Shown here: in pieces, positions 1 through 10,846 of the stretch
Numbering within the stretch: position 1 is the stretch's first letter
How the letters are laid out: each line of letters begins with the position of its first letter
NCBI GenBank assembly: GCA_030611385.1
Contig: JAUWPV010000001.1
Location: 5,217-69,216 of the forward strand
Reading direction: 5' to 3'
Source of the DNA: Bacillota bacterium
GTDB lineage: Bacteria; Bacillota; Dethiobacteria; DTU022
Length of the DNA: 64,000 bases
The notes under the pieces: model-generated
What the model was told of the DNA's origin: nothing
The model's database searches: none
Seen by the model: only the letters and a program-made list of their open reading frames with translations
Position numbers and translations under genes: made by a program

Positions 1-545
1 AGATCGTTTTATGACCCAGGTTTATGGCCACATTATAGTTCTGGTAAGCGTTACGTGGGTTGTAAAGGGTGGCCTCGTTTATTTCCGACAGGCAGAAGGT
101 GGTAGCGATTTTTTTAAGGGGATAGCAATCGGTGCCGTAAGCAGTTGCCACGAGTCTGATCTTTTTACCGGCTACCAGATCTTCAATAACATGGCCTCCG
201 CCATAGATAAACTCTCCCGGATGATTCCGATTGGCCGGGTCAGCAAGAGGCAGAGCAGTTGCACCCAGATATAGATCAACCGCGGCAATTCCGGCATAGG
301 CTGGTACGCCATTCAGATAAGCCTCATTAAGCTTAATGCGCGGCTGTGAATGACCGACATTTAAAAAAACACCGGAGGAACACATCGGGCCAAATGTTCC
401 CGTGGTCACCACGTCAACAGCCGCTGCCGCCGCTGCCACTCCTTTTTCTTTGACCAGGCCGATCACTTCTTCTGCTGTGAATACTACCACTTTTCCGGTT
501 TTGATCTTTGCATTGATTTCCTCTATACTACGGTTTGTTTTCAAT
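1..545 (-). CDS. DUF39 (COG1900) family protein, 5'-partial at window edge. This family has been linked to sulfur incorporation in homocysteine biosynthesis. Start is a TTG at 545 with an AAGGAGGAAG RBS.
   Basis: Manual translation of the minus strand gives LKTNRSIEEINAKIKTGKVVVFTAEEVIGLVKEKG...VVTTGTFGPMCSSGVFLNVGHSQPRIKLNEAYLNGVPAYAGIAAVDLYLGATALPLADP. The ORF is open to the window start. A good SD sits 7 nt before the TTG. The family assignment is from memory of DUF39 N-termini. Confidence 0.5.
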
Positions 546-660
546 AGGCCACTTCCTCCTTGATGGATAGCTCAGATTATATCATTCCAAATCGGACACG
601 TCACCTACTAAGAAGTTGCCAGGAGTGGCGTTTTCGAAGCAGCCTACAACTATCCGGAGA

Positions 661-697
661 AAATATAAAAAGGACCCCACCTGAGATAGCGGGATCC
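661..697 (-). terminator. Rho-independent terminator downstream of the cupin PGI/gap genes
   Basis: Minus strand reads GGATCCC-(12 nt loop)-GGGGTCC followed by TTTTTATATTTT. This gives a 7-bp stem with one G:U wobble. Confidence 0.55.
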
Positions 698-722
698 ACA
701 TTGACGCGTCAGGCAATCACCT

Positions 723-1538
723 TTACGAACTAGTCAGCACTCGAAGGTAGTTATTAAAAACTTCCGTATATTCTTCTGGATGGGTTAAAAATCTGAAGAC
801 CTCGTTATTTTCTTTAAAAACACTGTAGAGGGGCAGGCCGGTGATCAGTTTAAATTCTTCAACCGGTGTCACCGGGCAGCGTTTAAGCAGTGGCAGCTGT
901 GGGTAATGACTATTGGGTATAAACTCGGAAACTTCATTGATTTTCAGCTCAAAGTAAGCTCCGCCTTTCATTTGTTTAATCGGCTCGTAAAGAGAAGAAA
1001 ACCCTTCGGCAACCCAGTTGCTCATAATCAGGAAATCGTCGCCAGGGTTAGTCGTAATGTGCCCAAACCCGGGTGGAATTAATACCTTGTCTCCCGGCCT
1101 GGCAGTAATCAGAAACACCGACTCCAACTGATCGGGTCGATCAGGCCGGTGTCTCTGCAGAAGATAGTGCGCCCGCCCAAAAAGTACCTCATAAACCTCG
1201 GGCCAGGTAAAACCTGTGCCCGTCTTTTCAGGATGATAGTGCCCGACAGTTTTAACGAATTCACCGCTGATCGTTCCCGGTCTGATGGCTGTTATATCGT
1301 AGCGTAAACCGGCCGCTTTGATTGAAGAAGAGTCATCAGCCAGTGATAAACCGCGATACATGTAGTAGAGTTCGTTAAGTTCTTTGGCTTCCGGATCGTA
1401 TAATATGCCCTGCATATCGATCCGGCAGCGGACAGCAGGCTGACAATCTGCGGGTTCCATATTTTCACCGCAAACAATCCGTTCTTTTGCAGAATCCCAG
1501 TGGATTGGTAACCCACTGGGTTTGATTAAATCGATCAT
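723..1538 (-). CDS. pgiA: Cupin-type (archaeal-type) glucose-6-phosphate isomerase
   Basis: Contains TVGHYHP...PEVYEVLFG and PPGFGHITTN. These match the cupin PGI metal-binding signature T-x-G-H-x-H ... E-x-Y and PP..H. It lies directly adjacent to gap. Confidence 0.6.
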   Translation of the reverse strand: MIDLIKPSGLPIHWDSAKERIVCGENMEPADCQPAVRCRIDMQGILYDPEAKELNELYYMYRGLSLADDSSSIKAAGLRYDITAIRPGTISGEFVKTVGHYHPEKTGTGFTWPEVYEVLFGRAHYLLQRHRPDRPDQLESVFLITARPGDKVLIPPGFGHITTNPGDDFLIMSNWVAEGFSSLYEPIKQMKGGAYFELKINEVSEFIPNSHYPQLPLLKRCPVTPVEEFKLITGLPLYSVFKENNEVFRFLTHPEEYTEVFNNYLRVLTSS

Positions 1539-1551
1539 TTAAGTGTCCTTC

Positions 1552-2541
1552 CTACCTGGCGGCAATCATTGCCGCCAGATCGATAACTCTGCAGGAATAA
1601 GCCCACTCATTATCATACCAGGCCAGGACGCGAGCCAGATTGTTTCCGATAACCATCGTTGATTGGCCGTCAACTGTTGAAGAATAGGAATTCCCCTTAT
1701 AATCGGCAGAAACAAGGGGTTCATCGCTGAAAGCCAGGTACGGTGAACCAGACGCTGCCTTTTTAAAGGCTGCGTTTATAGCATCGACAGTGGCCTCTTT
1801 TTCCAGTTCCGCCACAAAATCAACCAGCGAAACAGTGGGGGTGGGTACCCGGATCGCCAAACCGTCAATACGGCCTTTTATTTCGGGGATTACCTCACCG
1901 ACAGTTTTAGCCGCGCCGGTAGAGGTGGGAATCATCGATAAGGCCGCTGCACGACATCTGCGCAGGTCGGAATGAGGAAAATCAAGCAGTTGTTGATCAT
2001 TGGTATAAGAATGGGTCGTATTCATTAAACCTTTTTTGACCCCAAAATTGTCATGCATTACTTTAACCAGAGGAGCGAGGGCATTGGTGGTACAGGAGGC
2101 ATTGGAAATAATAAAATGTTTATCCGGATCATAAAGATGGTCATTAACCCCGAGTACCATCACAATATCGACAGCAGCCGGAGCTGTAATGATCACTCTC
2201 TTTGCACCGGCGCTCAGGTGCGCCGCGGCTGCTTCACGCTTACGAAAGATACCGGTGGCTTCAATAACCACATCAACACCGGCATCCTTCCAGGGTAGTT
2301 TAGCTGGTTCTCTTTCCGAAAAGACCCTGATCCTTTCACCATTAATCAGGAAACCCTCGTCATCGGATTTTATATCAGCATTTAATATTCCGTAGACTGA
2401 ATCATACTTCAGCAGATGGGCGAGAGTATTATTCTCTGACAGGTCATTGATGGCAACTACTTTAACTTTGTCCTGGTTCAGCGAGGCACGCATACTCAGT
2501 CTGCCGATCCTTCCGAAACCGTTAATTCCTACCTTTAGCAT
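1552..2541 (-). CDS. gap: Glyceraldehyde-3-phosphate dehydrogenase (type I)
   Basis: N-terminal MLKVGINGFGRIGR Rossmann motif and the active-site ASCTTNALAP motif. Length 329 aa. Confidence 0.95.
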   Translation of the reverse strand: MLKVGINGFGRIGRLSMRASLNQDKVKVVAINDLSENNTLAHLLKYDSVYGILNADIKSDDEGFLINGERIRVFSEREPAKLPWKDAGVDVVIEATGIFRKREAAAAHLSAGAKRVIITAPAAVDIVMVLGVNDHLYDPDKHFIISNASCTTNALAPLVKVMHDNFGVKKGLMNTTHSYTNDQQLLDFPHSDLRRCRAAALSMIPTSTGAAKTVGEVIPEIKGRIDGLAIRVPTPTVSLVDFVAELEKEATVDAINAAFKKAASGSPYLAFSDEPLVSADYKGNSYSSTVDGQSTMVIGNNLARVLAWYDNEWAYSCRVIDLAAMIAAR

Positions 2542-2638
2542 ATGGTACCCTCCTTATAAATTTGCTCGGGAGCTTAAAATTAACTGCGTTCATAGTACAT
2601 CATTTATCGAGTTCCTGCAATGTGGCGGTATGCATCTG

Positions 2639-3145
2639 TCAGGGCTTTGCGGCCTGCATTGAGACTTGCTTTTGGCCGTTAACAATCCACTGGGTGCCCA
2701 CTTCCCTAAAACCGTGTTTGGCATGGAAGGCAAGGGAAAACTCATTGGGTGGAACGATGTTGATCTCGCAGGTGATTACCGGAATTTTTTCTGCACGCGC
2801 ATAGTGAAAGATGTCCTCATATAGAAGTGAGCCGATTTTGTGCCCCTGGAACGACCTGCCGACAACTATTCTGTCGATGTATAAAAATTCTTCGTATTGT
2901 GAAAAAAGCCAGTTGAAATTATCGTTTTGGTACAGGCAATGATCTTTCATGGCGAGAAGAAACGCCACGACCCGGCCATTGAGAACAGCAATTTTGTGAT
3001 AGGTGGACAGGGAGTCCAGGTAATTAACTCTATCTATATCCATAACGTTGGTGTACTGAACCTCGCTGGCATTAAGATCAACAATGTCGTTATAGTCCGA
3101 CTCCTGAACATCGCGAATAATGACTTCTGCCATACTCACTACCAC
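2639..3145 (-). CDS. GNAT family N-acetyltransferase
   Basis: 168 aa, with an acetyl-CoA-binding-like RSFQGHKIGSLLYE motif (R/Q-x-x-G-x-G/A). Confidence 0.7.
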   Translation of the reverse strand: MVVSMAEVIIRDVQESDYNDIVDLNASEVQYTNVMDIDRVNYLDSLSTYHKIAVLNGRVVAFLLAMKDHCLYQNDNFNWLFSQYEEFLYIDRIVVGRSFQGHKIGSLLYEDIFHYARAEKIPVITCEINIVPPNEFSLAFHAKHGFREVGTQWIVNGQKQVSMQAAKP

Positions 3146-3167
3146 CGTACCTTCCTATGTTTCTCTT

Positions 3168-4232
3168 TCATTTCACCTTAGCTGTCGGTTTGATGTATAT
3201 CGGGTTTGAGTAGATCCAGGGACGAAGGCGTCCGATACCGGTTCGGTGATAGACTTCTACCCGGTAAACTCCCGGACCGGTTGGGTTGTATTCAAGAGTG
3301 ACCCCTGCATTTTCACTAATCAACTTCCCATTTTTGATCAATCGGATTAACGGTCGCCTGCCGGGTGTCTTGATGTGCAGGGTAATTCCTTCATGATAGT
3401 GCATTTCCCCACCCATACAGAAGACTTTCCCGCCGGTGGATGCATAGTAGGAAAAATCTTTGCCGGGGTGAAGACTATCGAAAGAGATATAGCAGCAGCC
3501 GTCATGCAGGGCACCGGTAATCTGTTTCTTGGCTCCGGTAAAATCCCGTTTCAGTTCTTCCTTTAAAACAATGTAGGTATTGATCGTCTTAAAAGTGTAG
3601 CGGTAGGTAAAGATTGTTATATGAAAAAAGCCTGACCGGTATAAATAGGCATGTGCATCGCTGCCGCCAATGCCAACGGTTCTGTGCCCGTGAATATTAT
3701 AACAATCCCAGAGACGGAGTAATCTCCGGGGCGGCCCCTTCATCGCTGCATTCCGGTTGATAAAAAACCAGTAGAGTATTTGGAAAAGTGGTTGGCGGAG
3801 ACCACGCCAGTGCGAAGAAAAGTTCCATATTTCAATACCGTGGAAGTTAAAAACAGGCCAACAATTCCAGGGGTAAGCTTTTCCTTTTTCAATGTATTTA
3901 GTGCCACGATCAAAGGGATGAGCGATAAAACCGAGACCGCCTGCTTCCCTAACCTGGTCGATAACCCGCTGGGGATTATCGTCATCAGAATCAACCTGTT
4001 GATCGCTAGCAAGGGCCAGGTAATGATTGTGCTTGCTGTTGATTTCAGAACCGACCAACAGAACGACATCATTATAAATTGCTTCTTCGGGAAACCCGGC
4101 CAGGGTCTCATGATCACAAATAATCACATAACTTAACCCTGCAGTGGACGCATCGGCGGCAATTTGCCCGAGATTACCACTGCCGTCGGAGAAACAACTG
4201 TGAATATGAATATTACCAGGATACGTAAACAT
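3168..4232 (-). CDS. PHP-domain metallo-phosphoesterase (CehA/McbA-like)
   Basis: N-terminal GNIHIHSCFSDGSG and ICDHE motifs are typical of PHP (polymerase/histidinol phosphatase) domains. Confidence 0.7.
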   Translation of the reverse strand: MFTYPGNIHIHSCFSDGSGNLGQIAADASTAGLSYVIICDHETLAGFPEEAIYNDVVLLVGSEINSKHNHYLALASDQQVDSDDDNPQRVIDQVREAGGLGFIAHPFDRGTKYIEKGKAYPWNCWPVFNFHGIEIWNFSSHWRGLRQPLFQILYWFFINRNAAMKGPPRRLLRLWDCYNIHGHRTVGIGGSDAHAYLYRSGFFHITIFTYRYTFKTINTYIVLKEELKRDFTGAKKQITGALHDGCCYISFDSLHPGKDFSYYASTGGKVFCMGGEMHYHEGITLHIKTPGRRPLIRLIKNGKLISENAGVTLEYNPTGPGVYRVEVYHRTGIGRLRPWIYSNPIYIKPTAKVK

Positions 4233-4261
4233 AATGTCCGGGCAGCCAGTGCCCTTGCTCC

Positions 4262-5548
4262 CTATGCTTCAACCTGTTCACGATTTTCAGGATAAAAACG
4301 TTCAAGGCGTGCCCCAAGCTTTCTCAAGCGCTCCTCGAAACAGCTATAGCCCCGCCAGAGGTAGTCAACTGACGATATTACTGTCGTTCCCTCGGCAGCG
4401 AGACCGGCTAAAACAAGGGCCGCAGCAGCTCTTAAATCTGAGGCCTTAACCGGCGCTCCACTGAGTTTGCTGCTGCCCTGGATTACGGCACGGTTACCTT
4501 CAATTTGAATGTTGGCATTCATCCTCCGCAGTCCGTCTACATGCATAAATCTGTTTTCAAAAACGGTCTCGGTAACCAGGCTTGTTCCGTTGGAAAGGGC
4601 CAGTAAAACCATGAATTGGGGTTGTAAATCGGTCGGAAATCCGGGATAGGGAAGAGTTTTCAAGTCTACGCCCCTGGTCTTACTGCTGCCGATAACCCGA
4701 ATCGCCGAATAATCAACCTCTTCGGCTGATATACCGGTTTCCCGCAGTTTCGCCAGCAAAGGCCTTAAGTGATCCGGCAATACATTGGTTACCGTTACAT
4801 CACCTCCGGTAACAGCTGCGCATAAAAGCAGCGTACCCGCTTCAATACGATCCGGTATTACCGCATAGCGAGTGTCGCCAAGCTCTTTGACACCTTCAAT
4901 ACGAATTGTTTTCGTACCGGCACCGCTGATTCTCGCTCCCATACTGTTCAGGAAACCGGCCAAATCGACAATCTCCGGCTCAGAAGCGGCGTTTTCAATT
5001 ACAGTAGTTCCTCGGGCCAGCGTACCGGCCATCATTATATTTTCTGTAGCGCCTACACTGGGATAATCAAGATAGATGCGCGCCCCTTGAAGGCGATTTG
5101 TTTTTCCTTCAATTAAACCACCGGAAACAGTAAATTTGACTCCCATTGCCGTCAACCCTTTTAGATGCAGATCGACCGGTCGGGAGCCGATGGCACAACC
5201 ACCAGGCAGCGAAATAGAGGCCTGCCCGAACCGGGCCAAAAGAGGTCCGAGCACCAAAAAAGATGCCCTCATTTTCTGGACCTTATGCCTGGACGGTTCT
5301 AGCGGTTCCAGACTATGTGTGCTGATATGGATGATTTCATCAATGGCATTATATTGAACTTCAGAACCTAAAGACTTGATCACCGCGAGCATATCGCGAA
5401 CATCAAGCAGATCAGGCACATCTTCTATTATAACCGGCTCGGAGGTGAGTAAAGAGGCGGCAATAATCGGCAAGCTGGCATTTTTCGATCCTTTTACTTT
5501 TACTGTTCCACGCAGGGGGATACCCCCCTGAATCAGCAGTTCATGCAT
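4262..5548 (-). CDS. murA: UDP-N-acetylglucosamine 1-carboxyvinyltransferase (MurA, copy 1)
   Basis: 428 aa. It has the N-terminal LxIxGGxxLxGxVxxxGSKNA signature and overall MurA/EPSP-synthase-fold features. A paralog lies at 28933..30222. Confidence 0.92.
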   Translation of the reverse strand: MHELLIQGGIPLRGTVKVKGSKNASLPIIAASLLTSEPVIIEDVPDLLDVRDMLAVIKSLGSEVQYNAIDEIIHISTHSLEPLEPSRHKVQKMRASFLVLGPLLARFGQASISLPGGCAIGSRPVDLHLKGLTAMGVKFTVSGGLIEGKTNRLQGARIYLDYPSVGATENIMMAGTLARGTTVIENAASEPEIVDLAGFLNSMGARISGAGTKTIRIEGVKELGDTRYAVIPDRIEAGTLLLCAAVTGGDVTVTNVLPDHLRPLLAKLRETGISAEEVDYSAIRVIGSSKTRGVDLKTLPYPGFPTDLQPQFMVLLALSNGTSLVTETVFENRFMHVDGLRRMNANIQIEGNRAVIQGSSKLSGAPVKASDLRAAAALVLAGLAAEGTTVISSVDYLWRGYSCFEERLRKLGARLERFYPENREQVEA

Positions 5549-5675
5549 TTAGCTTGATGTCCTTCCCGCAGGCGTATGTTTTAAACCCTTAATGTTTTGT
5601 TCTTTGCTTCTGACTAATGACTCCTGTCTCCTAAATCATGACTGCTTTCCTTTGTCGCCGGGATTCTGCTTCTCC

Positions 5676-6320
5676 CTACATCTTGGCCCGGACAATATCT
5701 TTAATTTTCATCAATCTGGTCAGGGCGCCCCGCTCGTTTTCATCGAGTTTCATAGTAATATATTTGATGGTATCACCAAGCTTCGGAATTAAGATATACT
5801 CAAGAGCATTAACACGGCGGCGGGTTTTTTCAATTTCTTCAGCCAGGAGCTGAACTGCTTTTTCAACTTCGGCCAGTTCCATCAACCTGGGCAGTATTCC
5901 AGACAGAGTTTCAATTGAAATATCCAGTTCGGCAGAGGTATCAACAAAGCCGTAAGGGTAAATACTGCTGTTCTCTCCCCGACCTGATTCCTCTTCAACC
6001 CAGCTGAACTTCGGAGCATAAACACTCATAATGTTCTGTTTGTTTATTTCAAGGCTCAATTTTTTGGTTGGGTACATCAATGCCTCTTCCAGGTTCTCCG
6101 CAGACATTACCGCCCGGGCAAGCAAGAATCTGGCAAAAGCAGCAGATAGTTCCTTCTCGACGTGCTCCCGCAATTCTTTATTCTTGCGGACCAGAATTAA
6201 AAACTGGCGGATCAACTCGTCCCTTTTGTCTTTAAGAAGCTTATGCCCCCGCTCCGCCATCTTTAATCTTTTTTTAAGGAGGTTTAGCTCCATGCGGGTT
6301 GGATTAACCCGAATTTCCAT
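5676..6320 (-). CDS. ntpD: V-type ATP synthase subunit D
   Basis: MEIRVNPTRMELNLLKKRLKMAERGHKLLKDKRDEL is a typical V/A-ATPase D N-terminus. It is the last gene of the V-ATPase operon. Confidence 0.9.
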   Translation of the reverse strand: MEIRVNPTRMELNLLKKRLKMAERGHKLLKDKRDELIRQFLILVRKNKELREHVEKELSAAFARFLLARAVMSAENLEEALMYPTKKLSLEINKQNIMSVYAPKFSWVEEESGRGENSSIYPYGFVDTSAELDISIETLSGILPRLMELAEVEKAVQLLAEEIEKTRRRVNALEYILIPKLGDTIKYITMKLDENERGALTRLMKIKDIVRAKM

Positions 6321-6323
6321 GAC

Positions 6324-7724
6324 CTAAACCTCCTCCTGCTCAGGCAGGTATTTCTTGATATACTCATCACGAATTCTCTTCAGTTCAACCCGCGGTAGTT
6401 TAGCTAACAGCTCCCATCCGAGGTTTAGCGTTTCTTCAATATTACGATCTTCTTCCTCACCCTGAGCGATATAACGGTTTTCAAACTCATCGGCAAAGCG
6501 GGAAAACTTCTTATCAGCTTCGGAAAGGGCTGCTTCACCGAGAATTGCAGCCAGTTCCTTCGCTTCTTTGCCCCGAGCATAGGAGGCATAAAGCTGGTTC
6601 ATTATATCAGCGTGATCTTCCCGTGTCTTTCCTGCACCGATGCCCTTATCTTTTAACCTTGAAAGCGAAGGGAGCACATCAATGGGTGGGTATAAGCCCT
6701 TCCGATGCAGTTCCTGACTTAAAATGATCTGGCCTTCGGTGATATAACCAGTCAGGTCGGGAATAGGGTGAGTCTTATCATTTTCAGGCATAGACAGGAT
6801 CGGCAGCTGGGTGATCGAACCCGCACGGCCCTGAATTCGACCGGCTCTTTCGTAAATGGTCGAGAGATCTGTGTACAGATAGCCGGGATAACCACGGCGA
6901 CCGGGGACCTCCTTGCGAGCTGCCGAGATCTCCCTCAGCGCTTCTGCGTAGTTGGTCATATCGGTCAGGATAACCAGCACATGCATATCCTTTTCGTAGG
7001 CAAGGTATTCCGCCGCAGTAAGGGCCATCCGTGGCGTGGCAATACGTTCGATGGCCGGATCATCAGCCAGGTTGATAAAGAGAACAGCTCTCTCAATAGC
7101 CCCTGTTTTGCGGAAATCGCTGATAAAATAATCGGCTTCCTCGAAGGTAATGCCCATTGCAGCAAAAACCACGGCAAATTTTGACTCGGTGCCCAGAACC
7201 TTGGCCTGCCGGGCAATCTGGGCGGCCAGCTTGGAGTGCGGTAGGCCCGAACACGAAAATATAGGAAGTTTCTGACCGCGAACCATCGTGTTCATACCGT
7301 CGATAGCAGAAATACCGGTCTGGATAAACTCAGATGGGTAGTCACGGGCACAAGGATTTATTGGGAAACCATTGATATCAAGCCTTTTATCGGGAATAAT
7401 CTTCGGTCCATGGTCACGGGGTTGACCGAGCCCGCTAAAGACCCGGCCAAGCATGTCCATCGATACGGGCAGTTCGATCGCTTTGCCAAGAAAACGAACT
7501 CTGGCCGAACCAATATTTAGCCCGGTTGAACCTTCAAAAATTTGGACCAGGGCCCGATCCCGGTCAACTTCCAAAACTTGCCCGTGGCGAATATCTCCAC
7601 CGGGCATCTCGATTTCAGTCAGCTCACCGTATTTTATCCCTTCAACTTTTTCCACCAGCATTAAGGGGCCGGCAACGTCAACAATTGTTTTATATTCTTT
7701 AAGCATCCTCATCCCCTCCTTCAC
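6324..7724 (-). CDS. ntpB: V-type ATP synthase subunit B
   Basis: 466 aa non-catalytic nucleotide-binding subunit with conserved B-subunit blocks (e.g. [40 protein letters not shown]). Confidence 0.95.
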   Translation of the reverse strand: MKEGMRMLKEYKTIVDVAGPLMLVEKVEGIKYGELTEIEMPGGDIRHGQVLEVDRDRALVQIFEGSTGLNIGSARVRFLGKAIELPVSMDMLGRVFSGLGQPRDHGPKIIPDKRLDINGFPINPCARDYPSEFIQTGISAIDGMNTMVRGQKLPIFSCSGLPHSKLAAQIARQAKVLGTESKFAVVFAAMGITFEEADYFISDFRKTGAIERAVLFINLADDPAIERIATPRMALTAAEYLAYEKDMHVLVILTDMTNYAEALREISAARKEVPGRRGYPGYLYTDLSTIYERAGRIQGRAGSITQLPILSMPENDKTHPIPDLTGYITEGQIILSQELHRKGLYPPIDVLPSLSRLKDKGIGAGKTREDHADIMNQLYASYARGKEAKELAAILGEAALSEADKKFSRFADEFENRYIAQGEEEDRNIEETLNLGWELLAKLPRVELKRIRDEYIKKYLPEQEEV

Positions 7725-9483
7725 CGGCTAATGAGGTTATCTGCTCTTTAATTTCACGCTTGATCCCTTCCAACTCCTTCAGGTTTCCTTCAGGCACATA
7801 CCTGGTTCGGGCAATTCTTTCCCGGACCGGCAGGGCAAACATCTTCTCCAGATCCAGGTCGATCTCGCCTTTTTCGACAAGAACCGATGCTTCATGATGA
7901 TACATTAGAATCAGTTCAAGCATGGCAAACTGTTTATTCAGAGAGCTATAGGTGTCAATTTCGTGCATGGCGTTCTGATGCAGAAAATCTTCCCGCAACG
8001 ATTTAGCGGTCTCTAAGATTAATCTTTCACGGGCAGAAAGTGCATCGACCCCGACCAAACGCACAATTTCTTCCAGTTCAGCCTCTTCCTGCAGCAATTT
8101 CATCGCCTCACGGCGCATTTCGTTCCATTGCCCACCAAGAGTATCGCGGAAATAGGCGGCGACATTGTCAAGATAGAGAGAATAACTGAGCAGCCAGTTG
8201 ATCGCCGGGAAATGGCGCCGGTAAGCCAGGGAGGCGTCCAGCCCCCAGAAGACCTTAACTATACGCAGTGTGGCCTGGGATACCGGTTCCGAAAGGTCTC
8301 CCCCGGGAGGAGATACAGCACCAACCGCTGTAAGCGCTCCTTCTCTCCCGTCACTGCCAAAACAGATCGTTCGTCCTGCACGTTCATAAAAGTCGGCCAG
8401 ACGGGAGCCGAGGTAGGCAGGGTAGCCTTCCTCTCCGGGCATCTCTTCCAAGCGCCCGGACATTTCACGCAGTGCTTCAGCCCAGCGTGAAGTTGAATCA
8501 GCCATCAGGGCAACACTATAGCCCATATCCCGAAAATACTCAGCAATGGTGATCCCGGTATAAATTGAAGCTTCCCGGGCCGCCACCGGCATATTTGAGG
8601 TGTTGGCAATCAATACTGTCCTTTTCATCAATGGTTCACCCGATTTCGGGTCTTTCAGCTCGGGGAATTCCATTAAAACATCGGTCATCTCGTTACCGCG
8701 TTCACCGCAGCCAATGTAGACTACTATTTCGGCATCGGCCCACTTGGCCAGTTGGTGCTGGATAACCGTCTTTCCGCTGCCAAAAGGCCCGGGAATACAG
8801 GCTGTCCCGCCTTTGGCTACCGGGAAGAAGGTATCGATAATCCGCTGACCGGTAACCATCGGAATATGTGGTCCCATTTTATCTTTGAATGGCCGGCCTT
8901 TACGGATTGGCCACCGTTGCATCATTGTTACATCGATCAGCCCTTTTTCTGTATCAACCCGGGCGATAACGTCGGTTATGGTCGCTTCACCGCTTTTAAT
9001 CTCCTTGATTGTTCCAGCGGTGCAGTCTGGTGGCAGCATAATGCGATGCTCAACCAGTGTTGTCTCCTGGACTGTCCCGATGATATCACCGGCCTGAACC
9101 CTGTCCCCTTCTTTAACTGTCGGCACAAAGTTCCATTTACGTTCCCGGTTGAGAGGATCTACCTCGACACCACGGGTAATATAATCGCCGACCTGCTCCC
9201 GAATAATATTCAGCGGCCGCTGAACACCATCAAATATTGCTTCGATCAAACCGGGGCCAAGCTCAACACTGAGCGGATCGCCGGTTATGTAAACGGGTTC
9301 ACCCGGGCCCAGGCCTACGGTTTCTTCATAGACCTGTATTGATGCCCGATCGCCATGCAGTTCAATAATTTCGCCCAAGAGCCGGGCGGCGCTCACCCTG
9401 ACCATATCATACATTCGGGCATCACCCATATTAGCTGCCACCACAAGGGGGCCAGAAACTTTTATGATCCTGCCAACATCCAA
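7699..9483 (-). CDS. ntpA: V-type ATP synthase catalytic subunit A
   Basis: 594 aa with the P-loop GPFGSGKT, characteristic of the V/A-type A subunit. It overlaps the B start by 26 nt. Confidence 0.95.
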   Translation of the reverse strand: MDVGRIIKVSGPLVVAANMGDARMYDMVRVSAARLLGEIIELHGDRASIQVYEETVGLGPGEPVYITGDPLSVELGPGLIEAIFDGVQRPLNIIREQVGDYITRGVEVDPLNRERKWNFVPTVKEGDRVQAGDIIGTVQETTLVEHRIMLPPDCTAGTIKEIKSGEATITDVIARVDTEKGLIDVTMMQRWPIRKGRPFKDKMGPHIPMVTGQRIIDTFFPVAKGGTACIPGPFGSGKTVIQHQLAKWADAEIVVYIGCGERGNEMTDVLMEFPELKDPKSGEPLMKRTVLIANTSNMPVAAREASIYTGITIAEYFRDMGYSVALMADSTSRWAEALREMSGRLEEMPGEEGYPAYLGSRLADFYERAGRTICFGSDGREGALTAVGAVSPPGGDLSEPVSQATLRIVKVFWGLDASLAYRRHFPAINWLLSYSLYLDNVAAYFRDTLGGQWNEMRREAMKLLQEEAELEEIVRLVGVDALSARERLILETAKSLREDFLHQNAMHEIDTYSSLNKQFAMLELILMYHHEASVLVEKGEIDLDLEKMFALPVRERIARTRYVPEGNLKELEGIKREIKEQITSLAGEGGDEDA

Positions 9484-9487
9484 GTTA

Positions 9488-9817
9488 TCAACCTTCTTTC
9501 CCGAACAGAATATCTGTGCCGATCGCTTTTTCTACATTTTTTTTGATTTGCTGGATTCCTATCCCCAGGGTTCCCTTGCTGTTTGGAATCAATACAACTG
9601 CCGGTAAAAACCGTTTATTTAGCTCGGCAATTATATCCTCAAGATCCCGGGCCAGTTCCTCGGTTATGAAAATCACTCCATACTCTTCAGAGACCAGCTT
9701 TTTTAATACAGTTAAAGCAGAATCACTGCTTGTTACAGAGAATGTATCGACACCGATGGTCTTGAAACCAAGGATAGAGTCCTTATCACCAATTACGGCT
9801 ATTTTATATGTAGACAT
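9488..9817 (-). CDS. ntpF: V-type ATP synthase subunit F
   Basis: 109 aa; [24 protein letters not shown] matches the subunit F family. Confidence 0.85.
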   Translation of the reverse strand: MSTYKIAVIGDKDSILGFKTIGVDTFSVTSSDSALTVLKKLVSEEYGVIFITEELARDLEDIIAELNKRFLPAVVLIPNSKGTLGIGIQQIKKNVEKAIGTDILFGKEG

Positions 9818-10808
9818 CGCGTATTCGCTCCCTGATCGCTTCGGCAGGCAGTCTGTTTATTTTGCCAACCAAGACTAAGCGGATATTTTTTATCTCAATT
9901 TCCTTGGCCCACAGATAACCAACCAGGGGTTCAAATCCGAATGGCATCCATTTACCCTGTTTAAGATAGGCGGTTATATAATCATCTGAAAGCTTTTCGA
10001 GACGGGAAGCAGTTCCTTTTTCCAGCCATTCCCGTACTCCTTCTTCAATAAGATCGGCATAGTCGCTCATCATCAGAGAGCTGACCAGAGATTCAAGAGG
10101 TTCATCAAGGTTAGCGGTTAAACGATCAATTGGAAGTGTACCCTGCGGTAATAATACCTTTTTTATAAATTCGCGATCAAGACCCATCCGTTTTATGCGT
10201 ATTAATGATCGCAGGTTAGTCAAATCAATCTGTCTGATAAACATCCCCTCTAAAAAGGCAGAACCATTTTCTCTGGCTACGGCTATAAGCTGCTCGTAGA
10301 GTACTCGATCCAGAATTAAATCAATTGCCTGCGGATCGCGGTTCATCAAGAAATCTTCGCTGATCTTCTCAGCTGCACGGCGGAGTTTCACTGGCAGATC
10401 GCGGTAATCATCTTCGGCTGCCGAATAAGCGAGTTTCTCAAGATCAAGTGATCCGATCGGTATGAACAGATCACTTTTTATCCCCAGATATTTTGCCTTG
10501 AATAAGACTTTCAGGTTATGGACATCATAACGCAATATTAATATTTTGATCAGTTCAGGCCTGGGGCAGATGCGGATAAGCGTATCAAACGAATTTTTTA
10601 GCTCTGCCGTCAGAACCGATTCGAAGTTATGGAAATCACTCAACTCGCTCACTGCACCGGAATAATCAGTTTCGGCGAGAACTTTCAGAGCGTCCTCTGC
10701 TGATGAGGAGTCAATCATACGTTCGAAACGACTCCGATCGAGTAAACGTGTCTCCAAAGCGCGTATGCGTCCAACTGCGTAAGCATAAATTGTATCATTA
10801 ACGGGCAT
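9804..10808 (-). CDS. ntpC: V-type ATP synthase subunit C (d-like)
   Basis: 334 aa helical protein in the canonical position between E and F. Assigned by operon position and length. Confidence 0.7.
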   Translation of the reverse strand: MPVNDTIYAYAVGRIRALETRLLDRSRFERMIDSSSAEDALKVLAETDYSGAVSELSDFHNFESVLTAELKNSFDTLIRICPRPELIKILILRYDVHNLKVLFKAKYLGIKSDLFIPIGSLDLEKLAYSAAEDDYRDLPVKLRRAAEKISEDFLMNRDPQAIDLILDRVLYEQLIAVARENGSAFLEGMFIRQIDLTNLRSLIRIKRMGLDREFIKKVLLPQGTLPIDRLTANLDEPLESLVSSLMMSDYADLIEEGVREWLEKGTASRLEKLSDDYITAYLKQGKWMPFGFEPLVGYLWAKEIEIKNIRLVLVGKINRLPAEAIRERIRDVYI

Positions 10809-10846
10809 ATCTCTTGTGCTCTCCTTTCCCGGAGGAAAGCTTTCTT

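Noticed and set aside
11-274. 87-aa plus-strand ORF at the window start
   Set aside because: It is antisense to the DUF39-family CDS, which runs off the window edge and has a good RBS and conserved-looking translation.
8752-9342. 196-aa ORF on the plus strand inside V-ATPase subunit A
   Set aside because: It lies fully antisense to a strongly supported, highly conserved CDS, and its low-complexity translation has no recognisable motif. It is a typical spurious ORF in a GC-biased coding region.
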